Positions 16,051-20,447 of a stretch of 20,447 bases of DNA are shown in pieces. A model generated the notes under the pieces. That model was not told the origin of the DNA and made no database searches. It saw nothing but the letters and a program-made list of their open reading frames with translations. Source of the DNA: Thermoproteales archaeon (GTDB taxonomy: Archaea > Thermoproteota > Thermoprotei > Thermoproteales > Thermocladiaceae); assembly GCA_027068725.1 (NCBI GenBank), contig JAMOMD010000467.1, forward strand, positions 1 through 20,447, read 5' to 3'. Within the stretch, counting starts at the first letter, position 1; each line of letters begins with the position of its first letter. The position numbers and the translations under genes were made by a program.

Positions 16051-16812
16051 ATGTTCTCGACAGAGGGGGGCACGAGTCAGCGACTGGAGAGCCTAGACGA
16101 AATTTGTCGCGAAGTCTGTCAGCACATATGTGATTCCCTGTCGGAGCTTCCTCTCTACATACTGTGCGGTCTCAGACATCAGGCACGCACTTGTGCACTG
16201 CTAGGCTTACGCTGCCTCGATGTTCCTGCAATAAGCACAAGCACAATACATGACATACCTGAGGATAAGAGAGAGCAGACGATTAGGAAGATCTGGAGAT
16301 TTCTTAGGAAGGAGATTGGGCAGGAGAAGAGATTCTTCATATATGATGATGGAGTAACGAGACTCAGCGTTGTGCTGCTATTAAAGAAGGGGCCACTTTA
16401 CGTGAATAGGACGTACAATATTGCTGTTGATGATGTAGACAGTAGTCGCATAGAGTGCGTGCAGGTAACTAATGTGCACAAGCTCTACATTTATGTTGAA
16501 GCTCATTTAGAGAGGGAGAATCTTCTCAAGATAAATGTCGTGTACATCCTGAAGAAGCTCTACGAGGCAGGGTATGCCGAGCTCGCGGATGAGCTTCTTA
16601 GACTCGTAGCTCTCCTGGTAAAGTTCAGGCAGGGATGCTATCACGTGCTTCCGAGCCTCTACAAGTCGCTGAGCAAGGTTGTGAGTAATCTGCAGATGTT
16701 CAGTGGAATACTGAAGGACATTGTTGGAAACGTTGAGAACATAAGCTTAGAGAAGCTGAGAACAGCCATCAAGCCGATAAGAGACATATTGAGCCACGTT
16801 GAGCATCGGTAG
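16051..16812 (+). CDS. Hypothetical 253-aa protein with a cysteine-rich N-terminus
   Basis: It is the only long ORF in the interval. I recognise no motif. Six Cys fall in the first 55 aa, including CREVCQHIC. The start codon is uncertain. Confidence 0.4.
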   Translation: MFSTEGGTSQRLESLDEICREVCQHICDSLSELPLYILCGLRHQARTCALLGLRCLDVPAISTSTIHDIPEDKREQTIRKIWRFLRKEIGQEKRFFIYDDGVTRLSVVLLLKKGPLYVNRTYNIAVDDVDSSRIECVQVTNVHKLYIYVEAHLERENLLKINVVYILKKLYEAGYAELADELLRLVALLVKFRQGCYHVLPSLYKSLSKVVSNLQMFSGILKDIVGNVENISLEKLRTAIKPIRDILSHVEHR

Positions 16813-16815
16813 ATC

Positions 16816-16898
16816 ATGGTCATGTTGTCTGATGGTCATCAACATTGTTGGGGAATGATGTTTTCACGCTGATAACCTTACATTTCCGTCATGGTCAT
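16816..16898 (+). repeat. Three exact direct copies of ATGGTCAT in the spacer upstream of the radical SAM gene
   Basis: The copies are at 16816-16823, 16832-16839 and 16891-16898, all within one 99-nt intergenic region. Confidence 0.7.
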
Positions 16899-16908
16899 AT
16901 TACCATGA
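16889..16908. promoter_or_regulatory. Inverted repeat TCATGGT-N6-ACCATGA, a candidate operator or 5' hairpin
   Basis: The perfect 7-bp arms are at 16889-16895 and 16902-16908. The repeat ends 3 nt before the GTG at 16912 and 6 nt before the ATG at 16915. Confidence 0.4.
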
Positions 16909-16911
16909 TAA

Positions 16912-18399
16912 GTGATGACACGTGAACATGGCTTAACAGGAATTCTAGCCCTATTTAGGCTATGTCTGAGCAATCCCGTGTCTAGGTACATAATTAAGGC
17001 ACTTCTGAAGGAGGTTGAGATACAGGGAGAGAAGAGACCACTACTCGACATTGCATTAGCCTATTTTGCAGGCGTGCTTCGTGATCTTCCACCAGCTGCA
17101 AGGTTTGTAAGTGAATTATTCTCTGCCTGGATGGAGCTCTCGCTTGCTCTGCTGAAGACTGATGATAAGTTTGCTCGTGAGCTTCTAGCTGATCCACCCA
17201 CGAGACGTGGCGTGCTTCTTGTGTTCAAGTCAATCGCGGCTAACGGTCTTGGAAAGCCCATGATCTTCGAGGCTCCCTTCTTCATAGTCTGGAACTTCAC
17301 AAACATGTGCAATCTCAGGTGTGCACACTGCTATCAGCGTGCTGATGGTAAACTACTCGAGAGAGAGCTGAAGCTTCCTGAAAAGCTAAAGCTTGTCGAG
17401 GAGCTTGATAAGATGTTCGTGTGTGGTGTTGCGCTTAGTGGAGGAGAGCCAACAATACATCCTGACTTCTTCACAATAATGAGCGAGATCGCGAGACGCG
17501 GAATGTATCCTGCTGTTGCAACGAACGGCATAGCACTAGCTGATCCTCACTTTGTTAGAAAGATGAAGAAGATCGGCATCAGGTACGTAGAGATAAGCCT
17601 CGACCATTCAAAACCTGAGGTTCACGACAAGTTCCGTGGCGTTATAGGAGCATGGGAGAAGACAGTGAGAGGTATACAGAACTGCGTCAAGGAAGGTCTC
17701 TTCACAGCAATTGCTACGACAGTAACGAAGCTAAATCTCGACGATGTGGAGAACATGCTTGACCTAGCTGAGGATCTCGGTGTTAGAAGAATAGTGTTCT
17801 TCAACTTCATACCTGTTGGACGAGGCAGAGACAACTACAAGCTCGACCTGACGCCAGAGGAGCGTGAGGAATTCATGAAGTTAATCTGTCGCGAATCTAG
17901 GAGAAGAAAGATCGAGATCGTCACAACTGCACCACAGTATGGAAGAGTTGTACTTCAGGAGACGCAAGGAGAGCTTGCGGCACCAACACACTTTACACCA
18001 GCTCTGAAACTTGGCATATACAAGGCAGCAATAGAGTTCATTGGAGGATGTGGTGCAGGAAGAGTGTACTGTGCTGTCGAGCCTGACGGCACGGTCACGC
18101 CATGCGTGTTCATGCCTATACCACGTGGAAACATTAGGAGCGAGAGCTTCTACAAGATTTGGAGAGAGGATGAGCTAATGAACAAGCTGAGAGACAGGAG
18201 AAACCTCATCGGAATATGCAACAGATGCAAGTACCGTGACATATGTGGTGGATGTAGAGCACGTGCCTTCGCATACTTTGGTGATCCTCTCGCAGACGAT
18301 CCTGGATGCATATACTGTAGAAGAGAGTTCTACACACTATGTTCAAGACCGGCAGAGCCCGAGAAAAGAAAGTACGCTGTTCTCACGTGGAAGGTGTGA
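16912..18399 (+). CDS. Radical SAM enzyme with a C-terminal SPASM domain (NirJ/AhbC/AhbD/PqqE-like, COG0535 type) and an N-terminal extension of about 120 aa
   Basis: The radical SAM cluster motif is CNLRCAHC (C133/C137/C140), followed by SGGEPT. The SPASM-type cysteines are GGCGAGRVYCAVEPDGTVTPC and CNRCKYRDICGGCRARA. The start could be GTG 16912 or ATG 16915. Confidence 0.8.
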   Translation: MMTREHGLTGILALFRLCLSNPVSRYIIKALLKEVEIQGEKRPLLDIALAYFAGVLRDLPPAARFVSELFSAWMELSLALLKTDDKFARELLADPPTRRGVLLVFKSIAANGLGKPMIFEAPFFIVWNFTNMCNLRCAHCYQRADGKLLERELKLPEKLKLVEELDKMFVCGVALSGGEPTIHPDFFTIMSEIARRGMYPAVATNGIALADPHFVRKMKKIGIRYVEISLDHSKPEVHDKFRGVIGAWEKTVRGIQNCVKEGLFTAIATTVTKLNLDDVENMLDLAEDLGVRRIVFFNFIPVGRGRDNYKLDLTPEEREEFMKLICRESRRRKIEIVTTAPQYGRVVLQETQGELAAPTHFTPALKLGIYKAAIEFIGGCGAGRVYCAVEPDGTVTPCVFMPIPRGNIRSESFYKIWREDELMNKLRDRRNLIGICNRCKYRDICGGCRARAFAYFGDPLADDPGCIYCRREFYTLCSRPAEPEKRKYAVLTWKV

Positions 18400-18440
18400 A
18401 GATAAAAACTCTAAACCACCTTGTAAGAGAATGATTTTCG

Positions 18441-19436
18441 ATGTCTAAACTAGATCAAGTAGAGATCTTTGTACTTGGAAGATATCCAAGATCTGCAAGA
18501 TTCAGAAAAGTTCTGAGAGATTTTGATGATGGAAAACTTAGCGATATTGAATATGTTAGAACACTTCAGGAAGAGATATCGTACCTTTGCGGAGTTCAGA
18601 TAGGTGCTGGACTAACAATAGTTCAAGACCCAGCACCGGATGAGCACGACATCTTCAGGCCCTATGTCGAGTCCTGGAGAGGAGTATACTACGATGGGTT
18701 GCTGAGATTTTTTGATAATAACTTCTTCTACAGGATCCCTGTCTTCATAGAGAAGCCAGATATACAGAAATTCTACATATCAAGAAGAGCAAAAGCACTG
18801 AGAGATATTGTTGGGCCTGAAGCTAAAATAAAGATAGCAGTACCAGGACCTGTAACATTTGCATTCTTATCAAAAACTCAGCTTGATAAGGTAGAGCTAG
18901 TGTTTGATATAGCTAAACTTCTAGTAATGGATATCTCGCGCGCAGTAGAGACCGCAGGACTTAATTATGTTCAGTTAGATGAGCCATTCTTATTTGATGT
19001 TGATGCAGAGCCTAAGCATGTTGAGCTTGTTAAGGAGTATCTTTCAGAATTTAGAAAGATTAATGTTAGAATAATACTTGCAGTATACTATAACGCTCCT
19101 AGACAGGATATTCTGGAGAAACTTATTGATTTACCTGTCGACATGCTGTGTATTGATGTTATTAATGGTGCTGATAAAGTTCTCGAGGTGTTTAGAAGAA
19201 AAAGACCTACTGTTAATATTGCTCTTGGTCTACTTAATGGTCGAGAAATAATGATAGAGGACTATGATACTGTTAGGAAGCTTGTAGAGAAAGTTGTTGA
19301 GATTGTTGGTAAAGATGTTGTGAAGGGTATAACTACAACATGCGGATTTGAGCTTATTCCACTGAAGTATGCTATTGAGAAGACCGTAGTGTTAGGTAGG
19401 TATGGATATAGACTCGTAAGTGAAGTACTATCGTGA
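18441..19436 (+). CDS. MetE-like protein, non-catalytic (N-terminal-domain-like) half of a split cobalamin-independent methionine synthase
   Basis: It is a paralogue by eye of the next gene (GRYPRS.., VQLDEPFL versus VQIDEPAL). It lacks the H-x-C Zn ligands: ILAVYYNAP replaces VHICFG. Confidence 0.65.
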   Translation: MSKLDQVEIFVLGRYPRSARFRKVLRDFDDGKLSDIEYVRTLQEEISYLCGVQIGAGLTIVQDPAPDEHDIFRPYVESWRGVYYDGLLRFFDNNFFYRIPVFIEKPDIQKFYISRRAKALRDIVGPEAKIKIAVPGPVTFAFLSKTQLDKVELVFDIAKLLVMDISRAVETAGLNYVQLDEPFLFDVDAEPKHVELVKEYLSEFRKINVRIILAVYYNAPRQDILEKLIDLPVDMLCIDVINGADKVLEVFRRKRPTVNIALGLLNGREIMIEDYDTVRKLVEKVVEIVGKDVVKGITTTCGFELIPLKYAIEKTVVLGRYGYRLVSEVLS

Positions 19437-20447
19437 GTGCCCATGACTGAGTACAGGTTACCAAAGGCTTTCATAACAACTGTTGTTGGTAGCTATCCTA
19501 GATTTCCTGAAGCTCAGGAAGCGCTAGAGAAGAGAAGACGAGGACTGATTGATGAAAGGACGTTCAGAGAGATGTGCAAGGTTGCTATAAGAAAAGTTGT
19601 TGAGGATTACATCTCAGCAGGAATTGACCTGATAAGTGATGGCGAGCAGACGCGTGAAGACATGGTTGTTCACTTCACAGAGAGAATGAATGGGTACAAG
19701 CTCGGTGACTGGGTCAGAATCTTCGATAACGTGTATTTCAGGAAGCCAATAGTCGTATCTAAGGTAGAGTATAGGGAGCAGATGATCATAGAAGACTGGG
19801 AGTATGCACAGAGTCTGAGTCAGGGAAGACCTGTCAAGTTCATAATAACTGGACCCTACACAATAGTTGACTGGAGCTTTAACCTATATTACAGAGACAG
19901 AAGAGAACTAATAATAGATGTTGCAAAAGTACTTAGAAAGGAAATAGAGGAAGCAGTAAAGAGAGGAGCAAAATTTGTACAAATCGACGAGCCAGCCCTA
20001 TCTACGAGACCTCTGCCGGAAGAAGCTGAACTTCTTAAGGAAGCTCTTAAGGAGATGCTTCACGGTCTTGATTGTAAGAAAATTGTTCATATATGCTTTG
20101 GTAGAATAGAAAAGATAATACCATACATACTGGACTACCCGGTAGATCAGTTTGATTTAGAATTCAAGAATAGCAACTTCAGATTACTGCCATACCTGAA
20201 GGAGTATGGCTACAATAAGGAGCTAGGATTCGGTGTGGTTGATGTACATACTTTAAGAGTAGAAACTGTTGAAGAGATAAAGAAGGCAGTGTATGAACTA
20301 CTTAAGCTTGACATAATTGGACCGGAGAAGATATATCTAGATCCTGATTGTGGATTGAAGAGACTTCCGAGAGAAGTTGCTTTAGAAAAATTAAGAAACA
20401 TTGCAAAAGCTGCTCAAGAACTAAGGAAGGAATACGGATACGAATAG
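19437..20447 (+). CDS. metE: Cobalamin-independent methionine synthase, catalytic MetE C-terminal-domain type
   Basis: Motifs are [17 protein letters not shown] and IDEPAL. The Zn ligands are H218-x-C220 (VHICFG), E242 (DLEF) and C305 (DPDCGLK). The start could be GTG 19437 or ATG 19443. The stop TAG forms the last 3 nt of the window. Confidence 0.8.
   Translation: MPMTEYRLPKAFITTVVGSYPRFPEAQEALEKRRRGLIDERTFREMCKVAIRKVVEDYISAGIDLISDGEQTREDMVVHFTERMNGYKLGDWVRIFDNVYFRKPIVVSKVEYREQMIIEDWEYAQSLSQGRPVKFIITGPYTIVDWSFNLYYRDRRELIIDVAKVLRKEIEEAVKRGAKFVQIDEPALSTRPLPEEAELLKEALKEMLHGLDCKKIVHICFGRIEKIIPYILDYPVDQFDLEFKNSNFRLLPYLKEYGYNKELGFGVVDVHTLRVETVEEIKKAVYELLKLDIIGPEKIYLDPDCGLKRLPREVALEKLRNIAKAAQELRKEYGYE

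Noticed and set aside
16854-16970. C/D-box-like fragments (ATGATGT at about 16854, CTGA at 16868, GTGATGA at 16912)
   Set aside because: The box spacing is wrong: about 7 nt instead of 12 between the C-like and D'-like boxes. No CTGA lies 12 nt after the GTGATGA at 16912.
16994-19474. Other short ORFs overlapping the radical SAM and MetE-like genes, most of them minus-strand (16994..17197, 17061..17312, 17334..17531, 17622..17834, 18236..18448 +, 19262..19474)
   Set aside because: They are nested within or overlap motif-supported genes. Their products are low-complexity.

Overview
This window looks like a compact archaeal chromosome segment, probably from a hyperthermophilic crenarchaeon (Thermoproteota). 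Spacers are short, and TATA-like boxes sit about 25-35 nt upstream of start codons, which suggests leaderless or near-leaderless mRNAs. All calls rest on reading motifs by eye; no database search was possible.

Most of the content is housekeeping:
- A conserved information-processing string on the minus strand: aIF2-gamma, a PIN-domain protein, RNA polymerase subunit E' (Rpo7), Spt4/E'' and ribosomal protein S24e.
- Other housekeeping genes: QueC, a CstA-family transporter, Alba, RNA polymerase subunit K (Rpo6), a thermosome subunit, a type I signal peptidase and an Ard1-like N-acetyltransferase.
- A radical SAM/SPASM enzyme.
- A split pair of MetE-like (cobalamin-independent methionine synthase) genes.

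The standout is a five-gene minus-strand operon at 6477..11655. It encodes an unmistakable actin-fold ATPase (crenactin-like) flanked by four partner genes, one of which is an 833-aa SMC/Rad50-like coiled-coil ATPase with a central CPVC hook. This matches the crenactin/arcadin ('arcade') cytoskeleton cluster already described for Thermoproteales. The family is therefore not new, but the roles of most partner proteins remain unknown.

Three things are absent from the supplied ORF track:
1. A canonical C/D box sRNA at the left edge (about 37..97, +) with its own TATA box.
2. A 59-aa ORF (8975..9154, -) joined to both neighbours by ATGA stop/start overlaps; it is the likely arcadin-3 position.
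3. A 94-aa ORF (4339..4623, -) coupled to cstA by an ATGA overlap and hidden inside a spurious 218-aa call.

I found no CRISPR array, tRNA or rRNA gene, transposase or integrase.
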